Virus record (IMG/VR): IMGVR_UViG_3300013426_000025
Coordinates: 1 to 64,000 of that record
Direction: 5' to 3' (one strand)
From: a virus
Taxonomy: Duplodnaviria; Caudoviricetes
Length of the DNA: 64,000 nt
In this document: positions 33,398-43,307 of the stretch, piece after piece
How the letters are laid out: each line of letters starts with the position of its first letter
Numbering within the stretch: position 1 is the first letter of the stretch
The notes under the pieces: model-generated
What the model was told of the DNA's origin: nothing
Database searches by the model: none
What the model saw: the letters and a program-made list of their open reading frames with translations, nothing else
Translations under genes and position numbers: made by a program

Positions 33398-36300
33398 TTA
33401 TCTGCAATTTTCAATCATTTCTAACCACGTATCAATATTATTAATACCTTGTGTAAGAATTTTTTTACTTCTTAAAAAGGCTTCTTGGTCTTCCTGTTCT
33501 TTAGGTAAAGCATCTCCAAATTTTTTAGTTAAAACCTCTTTGACTCTCTTCCTATTTTCTTTATTTCTTATTATTCCTGCAAAGGTATGTAAATTATCTG
33601 AATTATGCAAGGTAGGAGATGATTTTTCTTCTATTTCATTAACATTTTTCTTAGATTTCCTCACTCTTTTAGGTTTTGGTTGTTCAGGCTCTTCTTCAAA
33701 AGATACAGAAGTTTGTACTGGAGCAGGTTTTTTATTATTATCCCTACTTTCTTTTGCATTAGGCTCTACAGTAGGTTCTGTTGTAGTATTTGAATTATTA
33801 TTTTCTTCAAAATCAAAATCCAATTGCTCCTTCTTACCTTCTGCCTCTATTTTTTCTTTTGCTTTTTCTGCTTGTTTTTTCTTTTCAATTCTATCTATAA
33901 CCTTCAAAGCATCTTCCCCTTTTAGTACTTTAACATGATTACCTTGGTCAAACTCTAAAACAAGAGGATTATTACTATCGGTATTCACAACATAAGCATC
34001 GTATACACCGTCTTTAATATCTGGTTTAATAGCAGGATTATCATTATATTGAACTACATAATCTACTCTTTGTATAGTTTCACTATCTGTAATTACTTTA
34101 TCATTTTCATCATAATAAACATTATCTATAATCCTATAAGTTTTACCATCAAGCAGTACTGTCTTACCTACTTTCTCTACTAATGCAGAACCTCTTCTTG
34201 CTTCTATTGGTCTTGCTTGTTGTACATTAATAGGTTTACCATCAGTATCTACATTATAAATATCAAAATAACTTCCTGCTGTACCAAGTAATGCTGCATC
34301 TGTTTGTAAAGCACCTGCTTCATCCATCATTTTCATTTCGTCAACATTCTTTATTGTTGAAGCAGTAAAATTCACTCTAAAACCGTTATCTACATTAAAG
34401 ATAGCATTTATCAGTGATTGTACTTCAGCACTTTGGTCGGCACTTGGTTTATCAAGATTTAACCTAAATACATCAACACCGTTTGCTCTGATAGTAATAT
34501 TATTTCTGTCCTTAGTACCAATAAATATGTTATTTGTATTGTCAAGGTTTATCCAGTGGCACAACTCTCTAACAGCATTATATCTTACAGCATGGTCAGT
34601 ATTATATAGCATTCTTATGGTTTCTATAAGATGGTCTTTGAGAGGACTGTCTTTAAGTTCACCGACTTTAGTAGGCTTAATTGCTATAGGGATATAGTCA
34701 CCATTGGAACTCTTAACGAGCATGAATAAGTTACCAGCATTACCTATATCGTCTCTTACAAGATTTACAGAGGCGTTGAGTGCTTTAGACATAACGTATT
34801 TAGTGGTCATCTGTATCATCCAAGGTATCTCATCAAACTGTACACCTAAAGGATTCCTTGTAGCATCATTAATAAGTTCTGACACACTTCTTATTGAGCT
34901 TTCTTCATCTGTTGCAAGTCTTTTAACAAGATTACCTGTAGCAATAAATTTAATCTTGCTCTTAAAGTAAGGGTATACCGTAAATCTATCATTTGCTCTA
35001 TCACCAACAAATGTGTGCATACCATGAGTATAGAAGGCAGGCAAAAATCTATTTCTAAATTCTTTTTCTTGGGCTGTAGGATTGTTTCTATCCTTACTAG
35101 ATATATAACCCATACTACCTATAACCAAGTAGTTTTTACCATCTGCTGTAATAACTCCTCCTTTTTTTCCACCATGTATCTTCTTTACAGCATCTGTATA
35201 TTCTACTACAAGTAATGGAATCTTTTCAAGACACGCATCATCTAACTCATTTGCCACAGGGTTTGTAATTACTACTTGTACATCAGGGTTTAATTCTCTA
35301 ATCCTTGCAAGTTCATAATCTACAATTTCCTGCATATTAATGCCCATATTATCACACCATTTAAAAAATCTACCCATTATATCTGTTTCACTTCTTGATT
35401 TTCTCAGAACTATAGTTTTAAATTTTCTAAGTGGTTCAATAACATATCTATAAAAAGGAAGCCCTAAGAAGGAACTTGCTTTATCTGCTTGAGAAGTTTC
35501 TCTATCAACATCTTCAATAGATGTAGGAAGATTAGTAGGCATACTTTGGACTTCTACACCTTTTGTTTGTACTTCCTCTTCTTCTGTAGGACTATTTACA
35601 CTTTCAGTAGTTTCAGTATGATTACTCTCTTCTACAGACTCAGATGTAGTTTCAGGTGTAGTAGGATCTTCTTTTGTAGGTTCTTCATTAGATTTAGTAC
35701 TTTCTTCTGGTTTTGTTTCATTAGATTTCTCAGTAGTTTTTATACTATTATCTTCATCACTAAAATCTATACTTTCTTGTTGTCCTTCTTTAACTGCTTT
35801 TTCTTTTTCTTCTTGAGTAGGCTCATATTCATCAACTTTAGGTTTTTCCTCTATTTGCTTCTTTTCCTCTTGTTTAGCCTTCTCTTCTTTTGCTTTATTT
35901 TCTTCTCTCTTTCTTTTTGCTTCTCTCTTCTGAACTTTTGTTGCACTTCTTTGATACCCTACTTGGTCAATACTATTAAGAATGTTATCAATCCAACTTT
36001 TAGTATTATTGTCTACATTAGGGTCATCAATTGCTCTTTCCAATGCAAGAATTGCATCTTTAGTTGTTTTTGCTGACTCTGTAATAATCATAACATTTCT
36101 TTTAATATTATCCTTACCTTGTTTTAGTATATCCCAAGTATCAATTATTTTATTAACTTCATCAAAAAATTTATTGTTTTCTATAGCATTGTATAATACA
36201 GTATTTCTTTTTGTATCTGCTGTACCATCAGGGTTAACAAAACCTATTTTAGATAGTTCTTCAAGTACACCTCTTGAAGCAGAGTTGAGTTTTTTATAAA

Positions 36301-39300
36301 AGTCAGCATTAATGGGAGTGGTAGATAGAACACTATGTAAAGTATTCGCCTGGTTTGATATTACCTTATCCCATAAAGAACGTAGCATTGCTTTCTTGTT
36401 ATAATCATTCAATTGCTCCAACTCTTGAGGTTTGCTAAGTATATACTTATAAGCCTCATTATTATATTCTATTTTATCTTGTAAGGTCTCAATATCTTCT
36501 AATTTACTTAAGTACTCAGGGTCTTTTTGTGCAAGCATATTTTCTGCTTTTTCTATTTCTTCCTCTTGTTCATAAGTATAGTTACTCTTTTTATGATGAA
36601 ACATATTATTTCTTTCATTTGCTGAAAGATTTAATATTTCTTCAGCAGTAAGTAGGGCAGGATTGTCGAGCATCTTTAAGGACTCTTGTAGCTCTTTTTT
36701 CTTTTTCTTAAAGTACTTTTCTCTTAAACCAGTTACTTTTTTGTTTTGTAATATGTCATCTATTTCTTTAATTCTTTCTCTAACTTGTTGCTCTCTTTCT
36801 TGTATACCTCTTTCAGTTAAAGCACCAACACCAGTATTAGTAGCATTGCCAGCAACACCCAGTTCTTTCTGCATCTGTTGTAATCTTTCTTGCCACTGTT
36901 GTCCCATTAAAGACATATAAGTAAGTTGGTTTTTTGCTTCCTTACTCATAGAATCTCCATATACAGAATTTAACATAGAAGACATTGACTTATAAGCTTC
37001 ATGTAACTTTAACATTTCTTGAGCATTTTTTTGTATTTGCTCTCTTGCTTCACTTACATTTGCTTCATTGGTGCCTTTCTTTAATCTCTTCTCATTAGCA
37101 GCAATATATTGTTGTATCTCTTCTTCTGTAATATTACCTTGTGCAGCCTCTTGGAGTTCTTGCATATATTGCTCTACAACTTCAGGGTGTTCTTGAGAAA
37201 GTTCTTCAGTATTGATTAAGAACTGAAATCCCATAGTAAAATGGTCATCTTTAGTGTTTTTCTTATCTCTTACTGCTTTATCATTTTCCATAGCAGACAA
37301 CATACTGAAAGCAGTCATAAGATTTTTATAATCTCCTGCATGCTCCTGCATGATTTTCTCTATTCTTGCTTGCTCTTCATTATGTTTTTTTCTTTCATTG
37401 TAAACTTCACCTATATCACTAAGAATAGGATTAAACAACATCTTATTGAGATTATCAATGGTACTGTTCTGTCTCCAATTTTTATATGTAGATGGGTCAA
37501 ACATGCCTACTTTAGGAGATGCTTGTAATAACGGTGCAACACCTCCAACAAATGCTTGTTGCCAAGTAGATGGGTCCATAGTAGCACCAGAAGCACCTTC
37601 TATATAAGATGTACTGAAATCAAATATGTTTTTAAAAACACTACTAACAGGACCAATAGTGCCTGTATTATAGAGATGTTGTAGATAATTATTACCCACA
37701 TCAAGACCTAACTGTTGAGAACCCTGGTTAACCATTTCATCAGTAAATTCATCTAATGCGCCACCAAATATAGAACCTCCTATCTTTTTAGTATAGTCAA
37801 ACCATGCAGCATGTTTACCTGCTTCTCCTAACTTAGAGAAAGGAGATTTATAGTATTTCCAGCCTGCCATTAATCTATCAGTAGGTAGATTCTTAAGCAT
37901 GTGAGATGCAAAAGTAGTATTAAAAGCAGTAAAAGCTGCTTCCTTTGCTGCCTCTTCTACTTTCTTTTTAACAAAGTTCTGATAATCTTTTGTATATTGC
38001 TGCCTTAACTCTTCTCTTCTTGCTGATGTAACATTAACTAAAGCATTAGTGTCTTCCCCAACTCTTTTCAAAACATCCCCATCAGGAAATTCTTTCCTAA
38101 TTTGTTCTTCTACAGCAGACTCAATTACGTTTCTTGCAAATTCTGGGTTACTAAATGCTTCTTCCATTCCTTTACTATAGACTTCATCATAAACAGCATC
38201 CCAGGCACTTCTTGCTTCTGATGCAGCCATAGGTATAGTATGTAGAGCATAATTACTTGCTTTAGCAACACCTTCTCCTGCTTCTGCTGCTAATTTTACT
38301 GCTTTTTGCGCTTTTACTCCTGCTTTTCCTGCTTGAGTAACAAGTTTTCTTTGCATTGCTTTCATAGGAGCACTTGCAGACTTGGTTACTGCCATTTCAA
38401 CAAGGGTTGGCATTAAATAACCAAGCATTTGAACACCTTCACCAAGTGTTTCTTTTGTGAACCATTTATATTCTTCACCAGCAGGTCTTATATGAGTATT
38501 AGCATTAACTAATCCCATTGTTTTTATTCTCTGTTGCTTTACAGGGTCAAATGTACCAGTATTTTGCCAATCTCCTATAAATTCTTGATTTAAAAGTAAA
38601 GGTGCTTTACTACCGTCTTTTTTTAGTCCCATGTGCCAATTTATGGCTTGTTGTTTTATATCATCATCAAATGCTGCTCCTAAATCAAGAGCAACTCCCC
38701 ATAAATCACTGGGTAATGCAACCACCATAGTTGCAGCATTTATTGCAATATTACTGGCATTAATTTCAAATCTTCTCCAACTAGTTCTTGTGTCATATAT
38801 ATTCCTTTTAACAGCATTTTCTACAAACTCAGCACCCATAGCATAATAGTAGGATGCCATTCTGTCATCCCCCTTTTCATGGGCTTCTTCTGCTAAAGAA
38901 GCAAATGAAGCATATTGAGACATTAGTTTAATTTTCTCAGAATCAGATAGTTTTAATTCACCATTTTCAGAAAATGTAGCATAATTAGGAAACAATACTT
39001 GACCAGTATCTTCATCTGTCCTAGTGAAGAAATCATCAATTTCATTAATGGTTTTTCTAGCACCATTAACTATATCACTATTCATTTGGTCAATATAGTA
39101 GTTCTCAAAAGATTCTGTAATCTGTTTATTTATAGGATTTTCTGCTTGTGTCTCAGCCTCAATAACTCTTGCATCTTGCATAAGCCTTTCCCTTTTTTTA
39201 TCTACAGCACCCAAGAAAGCAGCATCTGCATCTTCTTGAGACCGGTTAGCTACAGAAACACCACGACTCTGACTTAAAGACTGACCAATCCTTCCTAAAA

Positions 39301-39694
39301 GAGTAGGTTGTTCTTTTCTCTGTTCTTCTAATAACCTTTCTTTATCTTTTGCAAGTTCTTCTCTCTCTTTAGAAGTCATGTAGTCATTTTCTAAGAGATA
39401 TTTTATTGCCTCTGGTGTATACAGATCCTCAAAGTCACTTATATCTTCTTTGTATCTTCTATCAAATGCTTCTGCTATTGCTTGATTATTATAATAAGTA
39501 TCTCTTTGCTCAGCATCCATAGAGTTAAATACATCTTTTCCAAATTTATTTACAAATTGTTGGTTTTTGTAAACTCTATCTAACTGTTTGAAAGATTTAC
39601 TCCCTTTATAACCACTATCAAGTAAATGCTGTCTCCAGATAGAGTAATCCTCATTACTCATATCATTAACACCTTTTAAATATTCAATTCCCAT
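33398..39694 (-). CDS. Large virion cargo/ejection protein
   Basis: 2098 aa; Ala/Gly-rich hydrophobic N-terminal third, coiled coils and acidic linkers; precedes the vRNAP. Confidence 0.7.
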   Translation of the reverse strand: MGIEYLKGVNDMSNEDYSIWRQHLLDSGYKGSKSFKQLDRVYKNQQFVNKFGKDVFNSMDAEQRDTYYNNQAIAEAFDRRYKEDISDFEDLYTPEAIKYLLENDYMTSKEREELAKDKERLLEEQRKEQPTLLGRIGQSLSQSRGVSVANRSQEDADAAFLGAVDKKRERLMQDARVIEAETQAENPINKQITESFENYYIDQMNSDIVNGARKTINEIDDFFTRTDEDTGQVLFPNYATFSENGELKLSDSEKIKLMSQYASFASLAEEAHEKGDDRMASYYYAMGAEFVENAVKRNIYDTRTSWRRFEINASNIAINAATMVVALPSDLWGVALDLGAAFDDDIKQQAINWHMGLKKDGSKAPLLLNQEFIGDWQNTGTFDPVKQQRIKTMGLVNANTHIRPAGEEYKWFTKETLGEGVQMLGYLMPTLVEMAVTKSASAPMKAMQRKLVTQAGKAGVKAQKAVKLAAEAGEGVAKASNYALHTIPMAASEARSAWDAVYDEVYSKGMEEAFSNPEFARNVIESAVEEQIRKEFPDGDVLKRVGEDTNALVNVTSARREELRQQYTKDYQNFVKKKVEEAAKEAAFTAFNTTFASHMLKNLPTDRLMAGWKYYKSPFSKLGEAGKHAAWFDYTKKIGGSIFGGALDEFTDEMVNQGSQQLGLDVGNNYLQHLYNTGTIGPVSSVFKNIFDFSTSYIEGASGATMDPSTWQQAFVGGVAPLLQASPKVGMFDPSTYKNWRQNSTIDNLNKMLFNPILSDIGEVYNERKKHNEEQARIEKIMQEHAGDYKNLMTAFSMLSAMENDKAVRDKKNTKDDHFTMGFQFLINTEELSQEHPEVVEQYMQELQEAAQGNITEEEIQQYIAANEKRLKKGTNEANVSEAREQIQKNAQEMLKLHEAYKSMSSMLNSVYGDSMSKEAKNQLTYMSLMGQQWQERLQQMQKELGVAGNATNTGVGALTERGIQEREQQVRERIKEIDDILQNKKVTGLREKYFKKKKKELQESLKMLDNPALLTAEEILNLSANERNNMFHHKKSNYTYEQEEEIEKAENMLAQKDPEYLSKLEDIETLQDKIEYNNEAYKYILSKPQELEQLNDYNKKAMLRSLWDKVISNQANTLHSVLSTTPINADFYKKLNSASRGVLEELSKIGFVNPDGTADTKRNTVLYNAIENNKFFDEVNKIIDTWDILKQGKDNIKRNVMIITESAKTTKDAILALERAIDDPNVDNNTKSWIDNILNSIDQVGYQRSATKVQKREAKRKREENKAKEEKAKQEEKKQIEEKPKVDEYEPTQEEKEKAVKEGQQESIDFSDEDNSIKTTEKSNETKPEESTKSNEEPTKEDPTTPETTSESVEESNHTETTESVNSPTEEEEVQTKGVEVQSMPTNLPTSIEDVDRETSQADKASSFLGLPFYRYVIEPLRKFKTIVLRKSRSETDIMGRFFKWCDNMGINMQEIVDYELARIRELNPDVQVVITNPVANELDDACLEKIPLLVVEYTDAVKKIHGGKKGGVITADGKNYLVIGSMGYISSKDRNNPTAQEKEFRNRFLPAFYTHGMHTFVGDRANDRFTVYPYFKSKIKFIATGNLVKRLATDEESSIRSVSELINDATRNPLGVQFDEIPWMIQMTTKYVMSKALNASVNLVRDDIGNAGNLFMLVKSSNGDYIPIAIKPTKVGELKDSPLKDHLIETIRMLYNTDHAVRYNAVRELCHWINLDNTNNIFIGTKDRNNITIRANGVDVFRLNLDKPSADQSAEVQSLINAIFNVDNGFRVNFTASTIKNVDEMKMMDEAGALQTDAALLGTAGSYFDIYNVDTDGKPINVQQARPIEARRGSALVEKVGKTVLLDGKTYRIIDNVYYDENDKVITDSETIQRVDYVVQYNDNPAIKPDIKDGVYDAYVVNTDSNNPLVLEFDQGNHVKVLKGEDALKVIDRIEKKKQAEKAKEKIEAEGKKEQLDFDFEENNNSNTTTEPTVEPNAKESRDNNKKPAPVQTSVSFEEEPEQPKPKRVRKSKKNVNEIEEKSSPTLHNSDNLHTFAGIIRNKENRKRVKEVLTKKFGDALPKEQEDQEAFLRSKKILTQGINNIDTWLEMIENCR
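33580..33611 (-). promoter_or_regulatory. Bacteroidota-type promoter inside the upstream gene, ahead of the vRNAP
   Basis: CTTG-N20-TACCTTTG on the - strand. Confidence 0.65.
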
Positions 39695-39708
39695 ACTTAA
39701 TTTTTAAT

Positions 39709-41358
39709 TTATACTCCAGCGTCTGGGTCATAAAAATCTTCTTCAGTTTGTGTTACATCAGAAGCCAGAGTAGATTTTGTTGAACTCTTAGGTACTATTG
39801 CAATCTCATATTCACTCATATCACTATTGTAATACATATAATATTCAAAGTCATGTGGATTAGCCTCGCCAATTTGAGACTTAATGTATTTCTTAACATC
39901 TTCAGACTCTTCGTTCATTGTCTGTAATGTTAAATTAGTACTAGTTTTACCATTACTTATGGCCACATCATCCAATTTTCCACTTGTCAAATCCTCATAA
40001 GAAGTAATAATAGGATGTTCATCACGTTTAAATATCCAACCATGTGATTTTTTCAAATCTTTGGATTTTTCCACCACTCTTACAGAACCTTTCTTATCTC
40101 CACCTCTAACTGTAATAATTACAGCATTTTTAGAGAGTAAAGCAGCAGATGGTTTCTTCCTTTTTCTTCCTGTTACAGAATTAATATCATCACTTTTATC
40201 GTAAGTAACAATGTTATTATTTTCATCGAGTATTGGAACTCTTGTATATGGATTGTTTGTTATATAGTCTTTACCATTCTTGTTTTGAACAACATAAAGA
40301 TTATGCATTACAGGTTGTCCATTATCATCTCTTTGTAGTTTAGGAACAGTTTTTTCAACCCCATTTTCATCAGTATAAGTTTCAGTTTGCATATCGCTTT
40401 CTCTGCTGCCTGGTGTATCATCATAAGTGTATTCCCCAGTGTCAGGATTAATTGCTATATACACATCTTTACCGTCTTTATTTTTAGCAAGTACTCTATA
40501 AGAAAGAATTTGTAAGTCATCGTCTGTACCACTACCTGCAAGTTGTTTTTTATAATTAGCCTCATACAAATCCCAATTCTTGTTGCTTACAAGACTTGCA
40601 TCATCTACAATACCTTCTAAGATACCAGTTACAATTCTATCTCTAAGTTGGTCTTTTTGTGTATCTGTATATTGTCCATTGTTTATACCATAACTATCAT
40701 ACACTTGGTCAACTATTTGTGATAAGTTAGAACCTTCAGTACCTAAAGCAGTTAAAGCATCTTGAGTAGATGCACCTAATCTTCTCATCTCTAAGTATTG
40801 ACTACCAAATGCTTGTGCTTGTTGTAAAGTAATAGGCAATCTACTTGCATAAGCTTTACCTTCTTTAAAACCCGTATCTTCCAATTCTGATTGACTTACT
40901 GCTTTGTAAGTAGGATTAGGATTTTTCAGGAAGAAGTCTACACCAGCATTACTGAAATCGGTATCATAAACAAGGTCTCCTTTAGGATTATTTTTCCTTT
41001 GTTCGTCTGCCATACTTTTCCAAGTATTATATGCTTCTTTAATAGGAACAATATCTTCTGCAAATTGTCTTCTTAAATCCATAGCAGATTGTATATCTCT
41101 ATCTCTATTCCAACCTGTTGTTGCAAGATTATTAGCAGCCTCCTTTAATTGTTTTTGATAAGCATCATAAGTAGCATAGGCTTGCTCACTACCTTCCATT
41201 TCTGCTAATTTCTTTAAATCAGCAGTAGCATCTATCATATCTTGATACCTTTTCTCATAATCTTTATATGTCTGCACATAAGCAAGTCCTGGTCTTAAGT
41301 AATCTTCTACAGATGTAGGATTAAAAGTAGAACCTACATGAAATCCATATTTAGGCAT
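39709..41358 (-). CDS. Virion cargo protein (C2-like)
   Basis: N-terminal STFNP.S.EDYLRP motif; position between the C1-like gene and the giant cargo genes. Confidence 0.6.
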   Translation of the reverse strand: MPKYGFHVGSTFNPTSVEDYLRPGLAYVQTYKDYEKRYQDMIDATADLKKLAEMEGSEQAYATYDAYQKQLKEAANNLATTGWNRDRDIQSAMDLRRQFAEDIVPIKEAYNTWKSMADEQRKNNPKGDLVYDTDFSNAGVDFFLKNPNPTYKAVSQSELEDTGFKEGKAYASRLPITLQQAQAFGSQYLEMRRLGASTQDALTALGTEGSNLSQIVDQVYDSYGINNGQYTDTQKDQLRDRIVTGILEGIVDDASLVSNKNWDLYEANYKKQLAGSGTDDDLQILSYRVLAKNKDGKDVYIAINPDTGEYTYDDTPGSRESDMQTETYTDENGVEKTVPKLQRDDNGQPVMHNLYVVQNKNGKDYITNNPYTRVPILDENNNIVTYDKSDDINSVTGRKRKKPSAALLSKNAVIITVRGGDKKGSVRVVEKSKDLKKSHGWIFKRDEHPIITSYEDLTSGKLDDVAISNGKTSTNLTLQTMNEESEDVKKYIKSQIGEANPHDFEYYMYYNSDMSEYEIAIVPKSSTKSTLASDVTQTEEDFYDPDAGV

Positions 41359-43195
41359 GTTTACCTCCTTTCTTCTTTGTTTTTAAATTACCACCAAATG
41401 CTTTCTTATTTGTTGCATTCCATAAGTCATAAAACGCTGCAATAACATCATTTAAGGGAACACCTGAATTTGCAGTTGTAACTCCTGCAATATCTTTATT
41501 TTGTCTATCCTTACCAAAGTTACCAATACTATCAAACAAACTTGTAAACGCAGCACTTCTACCTTGTTGTGTAGCATCTCTTTCAGCATTTCTCATACCA
41601 GCAATATATTTATAGGCATCAGCAATTCGAGCATCCCTACCTTGATTTAATTGTTGTGCTTTCATATTCATATCAGCATTTGTACTATCTGTGTCTCTAT
41701 TAAATGCTAATACTCTACCAAGTAACTCATCATTATATTGCCTTGCTGCTTGTGCTGCTTGACCTTGATTTACTTGGTCTGTGTAAGCATCTGCCATTAC
41801 AGCATTAGTCATAGCACCAGGTGTAGCACCATTTTCAATTATTGCTCTTCTATTACCTAATGCTATATTGTTTGCTTGATTAATTACAGAGTAAGGGTCA
41901 ATAGGATTATAAGTCATCTTCTGAGTAATATACTTAGGAGACACTTCTCTAATACTATCTACTTTATTTTGAAAACTATTTATATTACTATAATCAGGAC
42001 TATCTATAGCAGACATTAAAGCAGCACTAGCATTACCAAATATAGGTGCGCTTCTTAAAATGTTATTCCAAGATTCTTGTCTTTTTATATCCCATGCTTC
42101 TCTTGTCAAAATATCTTTCTTATTATCAGGATGTCTTTTATTATAATCCGTTTGTCTATCTACGTATTTATCATATAACCTATCTCCTAAACCGTATTTA
42201 TGTCCTAACAAACCACCTTTTGCAAACTGTCTAAGCAGTCTTTGTTCTTCTTTTTTCTGCTTTAATGTTTCTTGTTCTTGTTGTAATCTTCCCATTAAAG
42301 CCTTTAAACCATTATTACTAATCATATCATTAGGTCTTTCTTCAGATTCTTTTTGTATCTTCTTTGCAGCATCTGCAAATGTTAAATTCTTACCTGTAAG
42401 TTTCATATCTTGTTTTACTTTCTCAGGAACTTTTAATCTGTTACTGAATACATAATCATCATATATTACTTCATCTTCTTCTACAAGATTAGGTAATCCA
42501 TCACTTGCAATTCCTTGAGGTACACCTCCTAAAGGATTTTGCTCATGGGTACCTCCACCATCTATGGTTCTAACTCCATTAGTAAAGTTACTATCTATAT
42601 TACCACCAAATGCTTTTAGGTTTCTCAAAGCATTAAAACTATCTTGATAATTAAGGTTTAGTGCTGCATTTTCAATCTTCCTATCCATTAACTCATTAGC
42701 AGCCTTTGCTTCTTGATTTAATTGGGCAGCAAGATTATTTGCTTTAACTCTTTGAGAAGCAGCAAGTAAACCTGCACCAGCAGTTCCTCCAACTCCCATG
42801 GCAGCAGAAGATATTAATTTACTAAATATACCTCCACCACCTGACATGCCTTGTATAATACCATTAGCACCTGCACCAGCAATACCTACTCCAAGTTCTG
42901 CATCAGACATCATAAAGTCTTTGTAGGAATTATTTTGATTCAGTTTCTTTCTATCATTATACAATTTATCAAAGTCATCCCAGTTATTTACATCTACTGT
43001 CTGAGCATTTAAGGAATCTATTTGGTCCCACTGTTCAGAACCATCATTTTTCAATTGAGCAAGGCTTGGGTCTGCAAGACCGCCTGCTAAAGTAGTACCT
43101 AAAATAGCCAAAGCATCACTACCTGCTGTATTACCACCCCTATCAAACCTATGATTAGGGTATTGAATTAACATTTTATTTTTCTTCTTATTCAT
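41351..43195 (-). CDS. Virion cargo protein (C1-like, Gly/Ala-rich membrane segment)
   Basis: GGTHEQNPLGGVPQG...NLVEE.EVI.DDYVFSNRL crAss motif; repeated F/YxxGG; follows the muzzle genes. Confidence 0.7.
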   Translation of the reverse strand: MNKKKNKMLIQYPNHRFDRGGNTAGSDALAILGTTLAGGLADPSLAQLKNDGSEQWDQIDSLNAQTVDVNNWDDFDKLYNDRKKLNQNNSYKDFMMSDAELGVGIAGAGANGIIQGMSGGGGIFSKLISSAAMGVGGTAGAGLLAASQRVKANNLAAQLNQEAKAANELMDRKIENAALNLNYQDSFNALRNLKAFGGNIDSNFTNGVRTIDGGGTHEQNPLGGVPQGIASDGLPNLVEEDEVIYDDYVFSNRLKVPEKVKQDMKLTGKNLTFADAAKKIQKESEERPNDMISNNGLKALMGRLQQEQETLKQKKEEQRLLRQFAKGGLLGHKYGLGDRLYDKYVDRQTDYNKRHPDNKKDILTREAWDIKRQESWNNILRSAPIFGNASAALMSAIDSPDYSNINSFQNKVDSIREVSPKYITQKMTYNPIDPYSVINQANNIALGNRRAIIENGATPGAMTNAVMADAYTDQVNQGQAAQAARQYNDELLGRVLAFNRDTDSTNADMNMKAQQLNQGRDARIADAYKYIAGMRNAERDATQQGRSAAFTSLFDSIGNFGKDRQNKDIAGVTTANSGVPLNDVIAAFYDLWNATNKKAFGGNLKTKKKGGKHA

Positions 43196-43217
43196 AGTAC
43201 TATGTATGTAATAAATA

Positions 43218-43249
43218 CAAAGGTATAAAAATTATTTCATTTATGCAAT
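43218..43249 (-). promoter_or_regulatory. Bacteroidota-type promoter for the cargo operon
   Basis: ATTG-N20-TACCTTTG, intergenic, directly after a terminator. Confidence 0.75.
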
Positions 43250-43256
43250 AGTATAA

Positions 43257-43302
43257 TAAAAAAACTGACTAAGAGAATTAATTTATTATTCTTAGTCAGT
43301 TT
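43257..43302 (-). terminator. Intrinsic terminator after the muzzle genes
   Basis: 13-bp stem AAACTGACTAAGA/TCTTAGTCAGTTT followed by a T-run on -. Confidence 0.8.
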
Positions 43303-43307
43303 AATTA

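Noticed and set aside
35489-36076. Phe-rich 195-aa + strand ORF
   Set aside because: Reverse complement of the Glu/Lys-rich linker of the cargo protein
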